64,000 nucleotides of DNA from Candidatus Latescibacterota bacterium (GTDB lineage Bacteria > Krumholzibacteriota > Krumholzibacteriia > WVZY01), in NCBI GenBank assembly GCA_963791045.1, contig CAWBQK010000017.1, positions 32,001 to 96,000 of the forward strand, read 5' to 3'. The position numbers and the translations under genes are program-made. The notes below the pieces were generated by a model. That model did no database searches, was not told the DNA's origin, and saw only the letters and a program-made list of their open reading frames with translations. Positions 11,839 through 22,036 of the stretch are shown here, piece after piece; within the stretch, counting starts at the first letter, position 1; each line of letters starts with the position of its first letter.

Positions 11839-12768
11839 ATGGAGTTCGCGCGGTTTGTGGAGGATCACGCCGTGGTTCTCACCGAGGGATCGATAATCGA
11901 GAGGGTGAGGCGTTCGTTCGATGTTGCGCTCGACCCGCACATCGAAAATACCGGGTTGGTTTTTGATGACCGAGGCCGGGATATCCTGACGACTATTTAC
12001 CGCGAGTACCTTGACGTTGGTCGGGATACCGGTATGCCGATGATCATGTTGACGCCGACGTGGCGCGCGAATCCCGAGCGGCTCGCCAGGGCCGGTATTG
12101 TCGACGTGAAAGTGGTTCACGGCGAGTGCTTTGATTTGGTGTCATCGATACGGACTGGATACGGGGGATACGCGTCGAGCGTTCCGATCGGCGGGCTCAT
12201 GGGTTGTCGCGGAGACGCGTATCGTCCTGAAGAGGCGTTGGGAATAGATGAGGCGGAACTATTCCACTCGTCGCAGGTTGAGGCTCTTTCGGAGGCGGGG
12301 GTTGATTTCTTGTTGGCATCGACATTGCCGGCAAGAACCGAAGCCGTTGGAATCGCAAAGGCATTGGCGCGGAGCGGTCTCCCTTACATTCCCAGTTTTA
12401 TAGTGCGGCCGGACGCAACTCTTCTCGATGGATCGCCTCTGTGTGATGTGATCGAAGAGATAGACAGCACGGTCGATCCGTCGCCGGTTTTTTACATGAT
12501 GAATTGTATCCATCCCGCCGTGTACATACGCGCGCATTCGGCGCTGGAATCCGAACATGCGAAGCGGCGTGTGCTGGGCCTCCAGGCGAACGCGTCGCCC
12601 AAAACCCCGGAGGAGCTGGACAATCTGGACAGGCTGGACGCCGCGGACCCCGACGATTTCGGGGGGGCGATGATCGATGCCCACCAGGAGTGCGGCGCGA
12701 AAATACTCGGAGGGTGTTGTGGGACGGACTCACGGCACATCCGGAGTATCGCCCGGAAGCTCGCTTGA
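11839..12768 (+). CDS. Homocysteine S-methyltransferase family protein
   Basis: TPTWRAN, GDAYRP, MNCIHP and GGCCGT zinc-binding cysteines; ATG after GGAGG, downstream of the tRNA. Confidence 0.88.
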   Translation: MEFARFVEDHAVVLTEGSIIERVRRSFDVALDPHIENTGLVFDDRGRDILTTIYREYLDVGRDTGMPMIMLTPTWRANPERLARAGIVDVKVVHGECFDLVSSIRTGYGGYASSVPIGGLMGCRGDAYRPEEALGIDEAELFHSSQVEALSEAGVDFLLASTLPARTEAVGIAKALARSGLPYIPSFIVRPDATLLDGSPLCDVIEEIDSTVDPSPVFYMMNCIHPAVYIRAHSALESEHAKRRVLGLQANASPKTPEELDNLDRLDAADPDDFGGAMIDAHQECGAKILGGCCGTDSRHIRSIARKLA

Positions 12769-12914
12769 TCTCCTCGGACACACTACTCGGACCACGGTTC
12801 GTCTTCCATCCCACCCGTTTTCCGGTAAATATTGACACCGCCCCATCAGTGTGGTTGCCTCGTTCATAGAGACTTGTGATTGACAATACGATCAAGGAGC
12901 AAGGGAGGCTCGAG

Positions 12915-14561
12915 ATGTTCCTGATAACAAAAAAACTTCTGAGCGCAGTGGCTGTCGTCATCGCGTTCGCTTGTGTGGCGGGTGTGGCTTGGGCTCAACC
13001 GGGCACTGCGGTCGAGACGTTCGATACGCCAAGCAAGTACCCCGGCGGAATCGCCTTTGACGGAACATATTTCTATGTCGCCGACTGGCGGGAGGCGGCC
13101 ATCTATCGGGTGGATCCTTCCGATGGCGCCGTGGTTGACAAGAAGATAGCGCCGACACTCAAGCCCAAAGGGATGACGTTCGGAGACGGGCACCTCTTTG
13201 TGTCGGACGATCGTACCGGCGCCGTATTTGCCTGGAATTTCGATACGGGGATGGTGGATTGGACCTTCGCCGCCCCGGGCAAACAAGCTGCCGGTCTGGC
13301 GTGGGCCGGAGACGCGTTGTACATCCTCGAGAAGCGGAGCCGCAAGGTGTACAGGGTGTTGCCCGAGGACGGAACCATCCTCGCGAATTTTCCCGTTCCC
13401 AGCAAGTACTGCGAGAACCTCGCGTTTGATGGAAAGTATCTTTGGATTTCCAACCGCATTGACGACGAAATCTACATGGTCGATCCGGACACGGGGACGG
13501 TGATCGGCGTGATCGACGCGCCGGGGCCGTATGCTTCAGGTGTCGAATGGGTGGATGGATTTCTGTGGAATGTTGATTTCCAGAACCGATCGGTCTACAA
13601 GCTCGTGATCGACGCGGACAAACCGTACAGGTTGACCGATACTCGCATCGCCAGAGTGGAGTACTACTGGGGGCTGAATAACTATGGCCCGGGGGAAGTC
13701 AAAGACGTCGTTTTGAATATCGCCGTGCCCGAGACGCTTCCCAACCAGGAGCTACTGTCGGATATGACGTATTCAGCGGCGCCGGCTAAGCTGGACAAAG
13801 ACAAGTGGGACCAGCCGTGCGCGGTTTTCAACCTTGGTGGTGTCCGGGCGGGGAGCAAGGCGGAACTCTCGTACTCCGTCCAGGCGAAGGTATCGGCGAT
13901 CCGCTATTTGATCATTCCTGAAAAGACAGGCAAGCTCAGCGACATCCCGCGGGACGTGCGGGACAAGTACCTGGCCGACGGGTCGAGATACCGCATCTCA
14001 TCGCCTTATATCAAAAAGACTGCAAGAGAAATTGTGGGAGACGAAACCAACCCCTATTGGATCGCGCGCAAGATCTACAATTTTGTGATCGACAGACTCT
14101 ATTACGAGATGATCGGTGGGTGGGACGTGCCCGAAGTGGTGTTGAAACGGGGAAGCGGTTCGTGTTCCGAATACACGTTCTCGTTCGTCGCGCTTTGCAG
14201 GGCTGCCGGACTCCCCGCGCGTTACCAGGGCAGTGTCGTGGTTCGCGGTGACGATGCAAGTATAGACGAAGCGTTTCACCGATGGGCGCAAGTTTATCTT
14301 CCCAACTATGGCTGGGTCCCCGTGGACGCCAACAGGGGCGACAAAGAATCTCCGGTAGGCCAGGCGAAGGGGATTGGCGAACTCGCCAACAGATTTCTTA
14401 TTACAACGCACAGCGGGGGAGGATCGGAATATCTTTCCTGGGGATATAATTCGTTTGCCAGTTTCAAGATGAACGGCTACTGCAAGATCGAAGAGGACAA
14501 TCTAGGATTCTGGGAACCCCTGGATGGAGAAGGGGTCGAGTCGGCGTCGGTAAAGCCGTGA
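12915..14561 (+). CDS. Secreted beta-propeller + transglutaminase-like domain protein
   Basis: Signal peptide; repeats such as GIAFDG, GLAWAG, NLAFDG; Cys-His-Asp triad GSCSEY / HRWAQ / VPVDAN. Confidence 0.85.
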   Translation: MFLITKKLLSAVAVVIAFACVAGVAWAQPGTAVETFDTPSKYPGGIAFDGTYFYVADWREAAIYRVDPSDGAVVDKKIAPTLKPKGMTFGDGHLFVSDDRTGAVFAWNFDTGMVDWTFAAPGKQAAGLAWAGDALYILEKRSRKVYRVLPEDGTILANFPVPSKYCENLAFDGKYLWISNRIDDEIYMVDPDTGTVIGVIDAPGPYASGVEWVDGFLWNVDFQNRSVYKLVIDADKPYRLTDTRIARVEYYWGLNNYGPGEVKDVVLNIAVPETLPNQELLSDMTYSAAPAKLDKDKWDQPCAVFNLGGVRAGSKAELSYSVQAKVSAIRYLIIPEKTGKLSDIPRDVRDKYLADGSRYRISSPYIKKTAREIVGDETNPYWIARKIYNFVIDRLYYEMIGGWDVPEVVLKRGSGSCSEYTFSFVALCRAAGLPARYQGSVVVRGDDASIDEAFHRWAQVYLPNYGWVPVDANRGDKESPVGQAKGIGELANRFLITTHSGGGSEYLSWGYNSFASFKMNGYCKIEEDNLGFWEPLDGEGVESASVKP

Positions 14562-14576
14562 TTGTTCGATAAATGA

Positions 14577-14622
14577 AAAAGGAAAAGTCCTGTCACACAA
14601 TGGCGACAGGGCTTTTCCTTTT
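14577..14622. terminator. Bidirectional intrinsic terminator
   Basis: AAAAGGAAAAGTCCTGTC...GACAGGGCTTTTCCTTTT between convergent genes. Confidence 0.8.
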
Positions 14623-14636
14623 GTATCCGCGTGCGG

Positions 14637-16226
14637 TCACTCGATCTCAAAAACACGGGAATGCGAGAAAACGTTTCCGTACTCGTCGGTGGTGCGAACG
14701 GTGATCGTATGTACGCCGGTTTCGAGATCGAGCGGGAGTTCCGCGGTCCAGATGTGTGATGCCGGAATGGGTTGGATCCAATCCGGATACTTTTTGGGGT
14801 TGTTTTTGATAAGACTCTCGATGAACGGATCGTTCATCACGGTTCTCTCCATGCGGACATACTCGGCCCCGCCAAGCCGGTACTCGACGGTCGAATGTTT
14901 ATTGCCGTTGAAGACGTTGGCGACGACGTCGATGTTGCTCTCCGAGGTGAGTTTGACGCGGCCCGCCGGCGCGCTGATTCGGATCTGAAGGTCCTCATCG
15001 AATCCGGCCGCTTTGAATCTCTGTGTGTATTTGGAGCCGTCGAAGCTAAAAATGTGATAGCCGTTTGGTGCGCCGTCACGTTGTTCGGTCGACGGGATGC
15101 CCCTCTCGTTCCGAGGGCCGCTCCACCATGATCCAGAAACGGCTCCGCAGGTAATCTGCTGGAATCTGCGGTCACCCATCCATCCGGCGTTCTCGTCCAG
15201 GTCGTACTGCTCGATCAGGTGCATATGACCGGTCACCGCGAGAAGGTGGCTCCTGTCCTTCAACAAATCAAAGAGATCGTCCCTGTCAATGACGTTGACG
15301 TCCTCCTCGGAGCTTCCCGGTGAGTAAAGTGGGATGTGCATGGTGAACACGATCAGGCGGTCCGAGGACACATGTTCGAGGTAGTTTTCAATCCAGGCGG
15401 TCTGCCGGTTGCCGAGTTTGCCCCTGTAATTTCCTGTTTCCTTTTCTTCGTCCTCTCCCATCCACTCGACGTTATCAAGAACGATGAAAGAAACCTTGCC
15501 GTATTCGAAAGCATAGTATGTGGGGCCGAAATGACGCCGGAAGGTCTCCAGGGCAAAGCGATCGTCCTCGGCGTCGAAATTCATGTCGTGGTTGCCGGGA
15601 ACGTTGAAGAAAGGAATCCCCGCGGCCGCTACGATCCCGTTATACCGGTCGTAGAGGGAGAGGTCGTTGTACATGATATCGCCGAGTGTAATGCCGAACG
15701 CGGCTTGGGTTCCCACGAGTTCGGAGACGACATCGTCACGTATATAGTCGATCTCACGATTGGATCGTGGTTGGGGGTCGGAAAAAACCACGACATCAAA
15801 CTTGTTGGTTTTGTTTTTCGCTTTCAGTAGAGGAAAGTCCACGGACTCCGGCAGCGGTCCCGTGGGCAGCAACCCCTCATGTTTGAACTCGGGTGATCCT
15901 TCGGGCCGATGAACGTAGTAAAATCTTGGGATATGATTCTCGTCGAGCGAGAGATCATAGTCGGCGGGTTTGACAACAAAAATGGTGGCGTTCTCACCAT
16001 GGAGGGAGATTTTGTAGTGTCCCTTTCGGTTGGTTTTGACGACGTCAAACTGGTTCGATACGAGAACACCGCCGACACCTTTTTCCCCGTCGTCCCTTTG
16101 GGCGTTGTCATTCGTATCTTCGAAGACGACACCCTCGACAAATTTGAGCTCCTTCGTGTCTTTTCGCCCGCAGCCGAGGATCAGCATGGACGCAGCGATT
16201 ATGATCATGACACCAAGCGATTTCAT
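14637..16226 (-). CDS. Calcineurin-like metallophosphoesterase lipoprotein with N- and C-terminal accessory domains
   Basis: Lipobox ILGC, GVVFEDTN N-domain, SDPQ, LGDI, PGNHD, GHMH, DGAPNGY. Confidence 0.9.
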   Translation of the reverse strand: MKSLGVMIIIAASMLILGCGRKDTKELKFVEGVVFEDTNDNAQRDDGEKGVGGVLVSNQFDVVKTNRKGHYKISLHGENATIFVVKPADYDLSLDENHIPRFYYVHRPEGSPEFKHEGLLPTGPLPESVDFPLLKAKNKTNKFDVVVFSDPQPRSNREIDYIRDDVVSELVGTQAAFGITLGDIMYNDLSLYDRYNGIVAAAGIPFFNVPGNHDMNFDAEDDRFALETFRRHFGPTYYAFEYGKVSFIVLDNVEWMGEDEEKETGNYRGKLGNRQTAWIENYLEHVSSDRLIVFTMHIPLYSPGSSEEDVNVIDRDDLFDLLKDRSHLLAVTGHMHLIEQYDLDENAGWMGDRRFQQITCGAVSGSWWSGPRNERGIPSTEQRDGAPNGYHIFSFDGSKYTQRFKAAGFDEDLQIRISAPAGRVKLTSESNIDVVANVFNGNKHSTVEYRLGGAEYVRMERTVMNDPFIESLIKNNPKKYPDWIQPIPASHIWTAELPLDLETGVHTITVRTTDEYGNVFSHSRVFEIE

Positions 16227-16588
16227 ACGGAAAAGCCCCCTCGTCAAATACGCACAGCAAGAGAACGCAATGTGTTGCGATTGTTATTTGTGAGCATGAG
16301 AATTACACAACTGCCGGTTGAATGCCGATATTCTAATGGTTTCGGCCCTGTACGTCAAAGCAACGGTTTGCGTGAATGGCGGAATTTCTGGTGTGGGCCA
16401 ATTGCCGCCCTCCAAGAATGGCCTTGAATTCAACTCCGACGGGCGCTACATTCGCTCCTCATGGGGGGGGCAGGCCCCCGGCCGTTGCCTCTTGGCTTTG
16501 AAGTTGCGATTAGGCGATGGGTGTATGATGTTGTCAGTATATGAGTTGCGGTGGTCGATGTGGCGAGTTTGACCTGTTGAGGATTCAG

Positions 16589-18040
16589 ATGTCAGACGAC
16601 AAAATTGGGAAAAAGCCGGGCATTGTTATGATCGTGGTCGACACGCTCAGGGCCGATTTCTTGGGCTGTTACGGCTACCACGAGCCCATAACCGAGAACA
16701 TCGACCGCCTGGCCGCCGGGGGAGCGCGTTTTACCAGGGCGTGGTCTGCCTCTAATTTCACCGCGCCGGCATTCGCTTCTCTCTTTACGTCGCTATATCC
16801 GACGCACCACGGCGTCTACGACTTCAACATCAAGAAACTCCCCGAGAGCCCGCTGATGCGGATCGTAAAAAATGCCGGTTACATGCGCAAAGCCGTCGTT
16901 GATTTTGGCTTTTTCAAAAGCTATCTCGGCGAGTCTTTCGATCATATGGAATCACTGACCGACCTTGGGCCGAACTGGTCGACTGAAGGGCCGGTCCTCG
17001 AGACCGAGCGGGCAGTGGATTGGCTCAAAGAAAACAGCCGCGCACCATTCTTTCTTTTTCTTCACTTGTCTCCGCCGCATACACCGTACCGGTTTCCGGA
17101 TGAGTTCTACACGATTCTACGGGCGAGTCAAAGTTGTTCGGATGGGATGGAGAGGCTTCGCGCTCATGAGATACTCGGCTCGCTTCTCCCAACGCCGGAG
17201 GATGGTAAGATCTCAGACGATCAGATCGACAGGTTCAACCGCTGCTCGCCGCTTTTGGGCGACGTGGATGTCGGCGAGGATCTTGTAGCTATCATTAAGA
17301 ATCTCTACCGTATGGAAGTAAAGGTGGTCGACGAAATGATCGGGCGCGTGATGAGGACGCTCGAAGATATCGGAATTCTGGACGATACGATCGTGAGCGT
17401 ATCGTCGGATCACGGGGAGGAGTTCTGGGAGCACGGTGGTTTCAGTCACGGGGCATCGGCCATGCACAACGAGGTGATCCGGACTCCGTGGGTGGTGAGT
17501 TGTCCGTCGGTGATTTGCTCAACGGCTGAAATCAACTCGAACGTATCTCACACGAATATCCTTCCGACCCTGATGGATCTTGCGGGGATCGATCTGCCCG
17601 TTTCTGCAAGAAGAAAGAGTGTGCGGGGTTTGATCGAAACACAGGGAGACGGCGGCGAGGAAGCGCGGTCAAAGGGAAGAACTGTTTACTGTGAGACGGC
17701 GACACGGATCAGCGTCATGGATGGGGAGATGAAATTGATCGCGCCAAATGAACGCGCTCGATATCGCGGCACGAAAGAGAAGTTGAAATATCGGATGTCT
17801 CTGGCCAAGAAACGTTTGAAGGGTTCGGGTGGGGAGCAGGTCGAACTGTACGATCTCGGGGATGATCCCGGCGAACGAAAGAATATTGCGGATTCGAACC
17901 CGGATGTGGTCAAACGGCTGAAGGGCTTGATCGATGAATATCATGCGAGTGATGACACGACACTGGGGGCGGGGGAGGACCTGACGCCGGAAGAAGAAGA
18001 GCGTATTAAGAAGGAACTCGAAGGTCTCGGTTATTACTAG
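16589..18040 (+). CDS. Sulfatase-like hydrolase/transferase
   Basis: VVDTLRAD, TAPAFASLFTSLYP, PHTPY, SSDHGE, ELYDLGDDPGE. Confidence 0.88.
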   Translation: MSDDKIGKKPGIVMIVVDTLRADFLGCYGYHEPITENIDRLAAGGARFTRAWSASNFTAPAFASLFTSLYPTHHGVYDFNIKKLPESPLMRIVKNAGYMRKAVVDFGFFKSYLGESFDHMESLTDLGPNWSTEGPVLETERAVDWLKENSRAPFFLFLHLSPPHTPYRFPDEFYTILRASQSCSDGMERLRAHEILGSLLPTPEDGKISDDQIDRFNRCSPLLGDVDVGEDLVAIIKNLYRMEVKVVDEMIGRVMRTLEDIGILDDTIVSVSSDHGEEFWEHGGFSHGASAMHNEVIRTPWVVSCPSVICSTAEINSNVSHTNILPTLMDLAGIDLPVSARRKSVRGLIETQGDGGEEARSKGRTVYCETATRISVMDGEMKLIAPNERARYRGTKEKLKYRMSLAKKRLKGSGGEQVELYDLGDDPGERKNIADSNPDVVKRLKGLIDEYHASDDTTLGAGEDLTPEEEERIKKELEGLGYY

Positions 18041-18047
18041 GCCGTGG

Positions 18048-19517
18048 TTAATACAGGCGCCATGCTGGGAGTGATTCCACTCCGTGACGCGCAGCGTCTT
18101 CCGTCATGATGACCAACAGTTTGTCGATCAACTCTTCGGACGCTTTTGAGAGCGAGGGGTTTTCGAGAAGTTTCTGTGCCGTGTCATGCGCCCGTGCTGC
18201 CGCAGTCTTGCCACCCGCCATCTCCCAATCACCATATGTGCCGCGATCCACGACATCCGACGGATAATACACTTCGTCTCTGAAATGACTCCGTGTGTGC
18301 TCGGAGGTCATAAACGTTTTTGCTCCCGATGTCACAAACTCGCGGAGAACATCGATTCCAGCGGTCGCGTCTTTAAAGGTGATGCCTTCCTTGAGCCGGC
18401 GGGCCATCATGCACACTTCCGCGTCGAGAACGAGTTTCTCCAGGCTCTGACAGGCGACAAAGTCAAGGATGCCGGGCCCCGATACAATATTGACGCCGGC
18501 AATTGCGGCAAGCACGGCGCCTATCCCCGTTTCGAAGCCGGCCTGGTAGTCGGGGCTCTTGGCGTCGCTGAGAGCCATGTAGGCGTGTACGGGAAGTCTC
18601 AGCGATTTGCCGATTTGGGCGTAGCCGATATCAACCATCATGGTCTCAATCGCGCCCAGCGGTGTCGTGGCCTTGCGCATGTCAAAAATCGCGGGAGCTC
18701 CGCCGTACACAATCGGCGCGCCGGGATTGGTGAGTTGATGGATGACGAGACCGCTCAAGCTCTCCGCCGTGTGCTGAACGAGTGACCCTGTGAGTGTGAC
18801 CGGGGCGGTGGCGCCGGACAGCGGCATCGATACCGTCTCCGCCGGAACTCCGTGGGCGGCACAATCCATAAGTGCCTGGCATGTAAGATCGCTCCATGAC
18901 AACGGTGGAGAGGGGCAACAATCGAAGATGGCGAGCGGTTTGTCTCGGAGCGCGTCGGCGCTCCCGCGGGCGGCGACGAGCATGTCGAACATTACGGGAA
19001 ACGCTTCCTTCAAAAATGTGCCGGTGATGACCGGCTTCTTGCTGTAGACAAGAGCGAGAAAAAGTCTGTACCTGTCGGCAAGTTTATCGGGCAGGTCGGA
19101 AGGGACAACGCCCGTGCTCTGAACATCGAAAGCCGGCGTCTGGTCGGTGACCGCGATGAATTCGACAACGTCTTTGGTTGTTGGTTTAACTGCTTTGTTG
19201 TTTTGAAAGTCAAAAACGGATATTGCCGCGGAGCCGGGGTCAAAGATCAGGTTGTTCCGCCCGACACATCCGACCTCGTCGCCATCGCGATCGTAGAGGA
19301 AAAAATGATCGGGAGCGGTACGAAGACTCTGGTCGACGAGGTTTTCACTTATGAGAACGCGAGTCCCGTCGTCGCTCGCCTTTGCGCCGCCCGCGCTTAA
19401 CCGTTCGACCGCTTCTTTATTCTCGACAATGACGCCGACTTCGGAGAGAACAGAAATCGCCTCGCCGACGATTTGCTCGATCTGTGCGGGGGACAGAAGC
19501 AGCGGATTTGACGACAT
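18048..19517 (-). CDS. Trimethylamine methyltransferase (MttB) family protein, non-pyrrolysine
   Basis: SPPLSW, SGATAPVTLTGSLVQHTAESL, PGAPIVYG, SDAKSPDYQAG, SLEKLVLD; no in-frame TAG. Confidence 0.9.
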   Translation of the reverse strand: MSSNPLLLSPAQIEQIVGEAISVLSEVGVIVENKEAVERLSAGGAKASDDGTRVLISENLVDQSLRTAPDHFFLYDRDGDEVGCVGRNNLIFDPGSAAISVFDFQNNKAVKPTTKDVVEFIAVTDQTPAFDVQSTGVVPSDLPDKLADRYRLFLALVYSKKPVITGTFLKEAFPVMFDMLVAARGSADALRDKPLAIFDCCPSPPLSWSDLTCQALMDCAAHGVPAETVSMPLSGATAPVTLTGSLVQHTAESLSGLVIHQLTNPGAPIVYGGAPAIFDMRKATTPLGAIETMMVDIGYAQIGKSLRLPVHAYMALSDAKSPDYQAGFETGIGAVLAAIAGVNIVSGPGILDFVACQSLEKLVLDAEVCMMARRLKEGITFKDATAGIDVLREFVTSGAKTFMTSEHTRSHFRDEVYYPSDVVDRGTYGDWEMAGGKTAAARAHDTAQKLLENPSLSKASEELIDKLLVIMTEDAARHGVESLPAWRLY

Positions 19518-19533
19518 GAACGTGATCCCCGGT

Positions 19534-20178
19534 TTAAGTTTTATCTTCGTGCTTGAATCGGCAGTTCACCATTCCGCAGTACTCGCACACGTCGGTATTG
19601 CGCATGTCGATGGGGTGATCACCAATGGCGACGGCGAACGTTATCGATTTTCTGGGGACCATCATCGCGCCTTCGGTCAGGTGAACGCCCAGCGAGTCGC
19701 CCTCGACCGCCGCGTAGAGCCATTTTTGCTCGGCGACATTCCAGCCCCCGTAGCCAGGACTGAACCGGCGGCTGCATTTAAGGCCCGACTTCGAGATCTT
19801 GTCACATATGATTTTGTTCGCCTGGTCGGCGGCCGCTTCGGTTGCCGCGGAACCGTAACTATCGAGGATGAGCGCACGGCTCAGGTCGCCGGCAAACTTG
19901 AACTCGTTGACGACTTCTTCGAGCTTGGGACCAATGGTGACGAGGCAAACAACGAGTGCGCTGATATGACAGACAAAATGCGAGTGGAAATACTCGTCGC
20001 TCGTCATCGTGCGAAACGCGCACACGGGCGCCAGAAGAGTCGGAGCAATCTTTTCAATTTCATCTATTGCCGTCATCACCCTGGGTGGAATTTGGGTTTC
20101 GCCATACCCCAGGCAACGCGCGATCTCGTCGCGGGCTACTGTGATTTGAAATCCGTCGACTCTTTCGATCTTGCTCAT
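19534..20178 (-). CDS. Stand-alone B12-dependent methionine synthase activation-domain protein
   Basis: VTIG, LDSYGSAATE, RFSPGYG, MMVPRKSIT, C-terminal CEYCGMVNC. Confidence 0.85.
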   Translation of the reverse strand: MSKIERVDGFQITVARDEIARCLGYGETQIPPRVMTAIDEIEKIAPTLLAPVCAFRTMTSDEYFHSHFVCHISALVVCLVTIGPKLEEVVNEFKFAGDLSRALILDSYGSAATEAAADQANKIICDKISKSGLKCSRRFSPGYGGWNVAEQKWLYAAVEGDSLGVHLTEGAMMVPRKSITFAVAIGDHPIDMRNTDVCEYCGMVNCRFKHEDKT

Positions 20179-20211
20179 TGCTATACCTCTGTTATTGGTT
20201 GGTATCTGATT

Positions 20212-21159
20212 TCAAACTGACACCCGGTCTGACACTTCTTGAATAAATGCCGGTGTCGTCCCGCAACACCCGCCCACCGCGTTGATTCCGATCTCAAACA
20301 TTTGTTCGACATCGTCGGCGAATTCCGCCGGGGTCTGGTCGTACGCCGGCATACCGTCGCGAACGGTGGGCTGCCCGGCGTTGGGCTGACACAGAAGAGG
20401 GAGGTTCGTACCATCGCGCAGAACGCGTGCGAGTTGCGTCATGTCGGAACTCGTGAGCGTGCAGTTTGCGCCGACGACATCCGCTCCGGCGTTCTCGAGA
20501 ACTCTGAGAGATTCGCACACTTCGTTTCCCATGACCGTATAGAAACCGCGAGGGTTCTTGTTGTATGTCAGCGTCACAACTGTGACGGCGGCAAGAGATT
20601 TCCTTGCGACCTCGAGGGCGATCAGCGCTTCTCTAATATCGAACATTGTCTCGATGAGAACAATATCAACCGCCGCGTCCAACCCCTCGATCATTCCGGA
20701 AAACTCTTTTTCGAGCTCAGGCTCGGTGGCATTTCCGACCGGTGGCAGCATTTTACCGGTTGGGCCGATCGAGAGGGCGACGAATCGCTCGCGTGCTCCG
20801 GGTCGGGTCCTGCCGCCGGGGGAACCGCACGGAGCGCAGGTATCGTGGATCGAGTTGAATCGTGACACGGCGTCGCGCGCGAGACGGACCCCGGCTGTAT
20901 TGATGGCGCCGGCATCGCGGCCGAGTTTGAAGCCCTCGAGCCGTGACGGCGTCGAACCAAAGGTGTTGGTTCCGACAACATCCGCACCGGCCTCGAGGTA
21001 TGCGGCGTGGACATCCCGGATCACCGACGGACGGGTGATGTTCCACTCTTCCGGCGATTTGCCGGGAGCGAGCCCTTCAGCGATCAGCATGGAACCCATC
21101 GCTCCGTCGAAAAGAACGCCGCCGTTTGTGATTCGATCGAGTACGATTTGTTTTCTCAC
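20212..21159 (-). CDS. Homocysteine S-methyltransferase (stand-alone MetH Hcy-binding module)
   Basis: FDGAMGS, AGADVVGTNTFG, SIGPTG, IETM, GANC, QPNAG, GGCCGTTP. Confidence 0.92.
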   Translation of the reverse strand: MRKQIVLDRITNGGVLFDGAMGSMLIAEGLAPGKSPEEWNITRPSVIRDVHAAYLEAGADVVGTNTFGSTPSRLEGFKLGRDAGAINTAGVRLARDAVSRFNSIHDTCAPCGSPGGRTRPGARERFVALSIGPTGKMLPPVGNATEPELEKEFSGMIEGLDAAVDIVLIETMFDIREALIALEVARKSLAAVTVVTLTYNKNPRGFYTVMGNEVCESLRVLENAGADVVGANCTLTSSDMTQLARVLRDGTNLPLLCQPNAGQPTVRDGMPAYDQTPAEFADDVEQMFEIGINAVGGCCGTTPAFIQEVSDRVSV

Positions 21160-21171
21160 ATTATTCCGATT

Positions 21172-21813
21172 TCAGGAAAGCAGCGAACGGGCTTTCTTGA
21201 CCGCCTCGACCGCGTTTTCCGCATACGCGTCCGCTCCGATTTCGTTTGCCCACGAGGCGCTTGCCGGCGCGCCACCGACGAGTATCTTGACTTTGTTTCT
21301 AAGCCCTTCGTCGGCCAGTTTGTCGATGACTGTTTTCTGGCCGGCCATCGTGGTGGTCAGGAGCGCCGACATGCACACAAGGGACGATGGATGCGGGCGC
21401 GCCTCTTCGACGAAACGGTCATAGGCGACGTCGGCGCCAAGGTCGATTACACGATAACCATTGGCGGCGAACATCGTCGCGACGAGCGTTTTGCCAATAT
21501 CATGAATGTCACCCTGCACGGTGCCGATAATCACGAGTCCCCTGGAATCAATTTTGGCCTCGTCGTCGAGAAGGGCGGGTTGGAGGACGTCCATCGCCGC
21601 CTTCATTGATTCAGCGCTGAAGGCGAGTTCGGGAAGGAAATACTCGCCCTCTTCCCACAGTTCACCGGCGCGGCGTATCCCCGGAGAAAAGCCGTTCTCG
21701 ATGATATCGAGCACGTCGTATCGATTATCCAGGGTGTCGGCCGCCAGCTGAACGGCACGCTCACGGTCGCCTTTGAGCACGGCGTCTTCGCACTGTTTCA
21801 GAAACTCCATCAT
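21172..21813 (-). CDS. Corrinoid (B12-binding) protein
   Basis: Cap domain GELWEEGEYFLPEL, GTVQGDIHDIGK, SALLTTT, VGGAP. Confidence 0.94.
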   Translation of the reverse strand: MMEFLKQCEDAVLKGDRERAVQLAADTLDNRYDVLDIIENGFSPGIRRAGELWEEGEYFLPELAFSAESMKAAMDVLQPALLDDEAKIDSRGLVIIGTVQGDIHDIGKTLVATMFAANGYRVIDLGADVAYDRFVEEARPHPSSLVCMSALLTTTMAGQKTVIDKLADEGLRNKVKILVGGAPASASWANEIGADAYAENAVEAVKKARSLLS

Positions 21814-22007
21814 ATTTGCTATCCCAGGTTAATCATTCTCAGTGCGGGTGCCGCGTCTCGGCGTCGTAACCTTTAAGGATTCTATGGGATAAACCGTTTC
21901 ACTGTCAAGGTGCCCGCGTTTCGGGGGAGCGTCAATTCGGGCGGACAAACACCAAAAAACCGCGATATAAGAAAAGCCCGATTGTGGCTTACGGACGGGC
22001 AAAATCG

Positions 22008-22036
22008 TTGATTCGATTCAGGTTGTGTGATATAAT
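22008..22036 (+). promoter_or_regulatory. Sigma70 promoter with extended -10
   Basis: TTGATT-17 nt-TATAAT preceded by TGn. Confidence 0.6.

Noticed and set aside
18048-19517. Pyrrolysine in the MttB homolog
   Set aside because: The ORF is uninterrupted, there is no in-frame TAG, and no pyl genes are in the window.
21814-22000. Cobalamin or SAM riboswitch upstream of the corrinoid operon
   Set aside because: I could not find a B12 box or SAM-I core by eye; an Rfam scan would be decisive.
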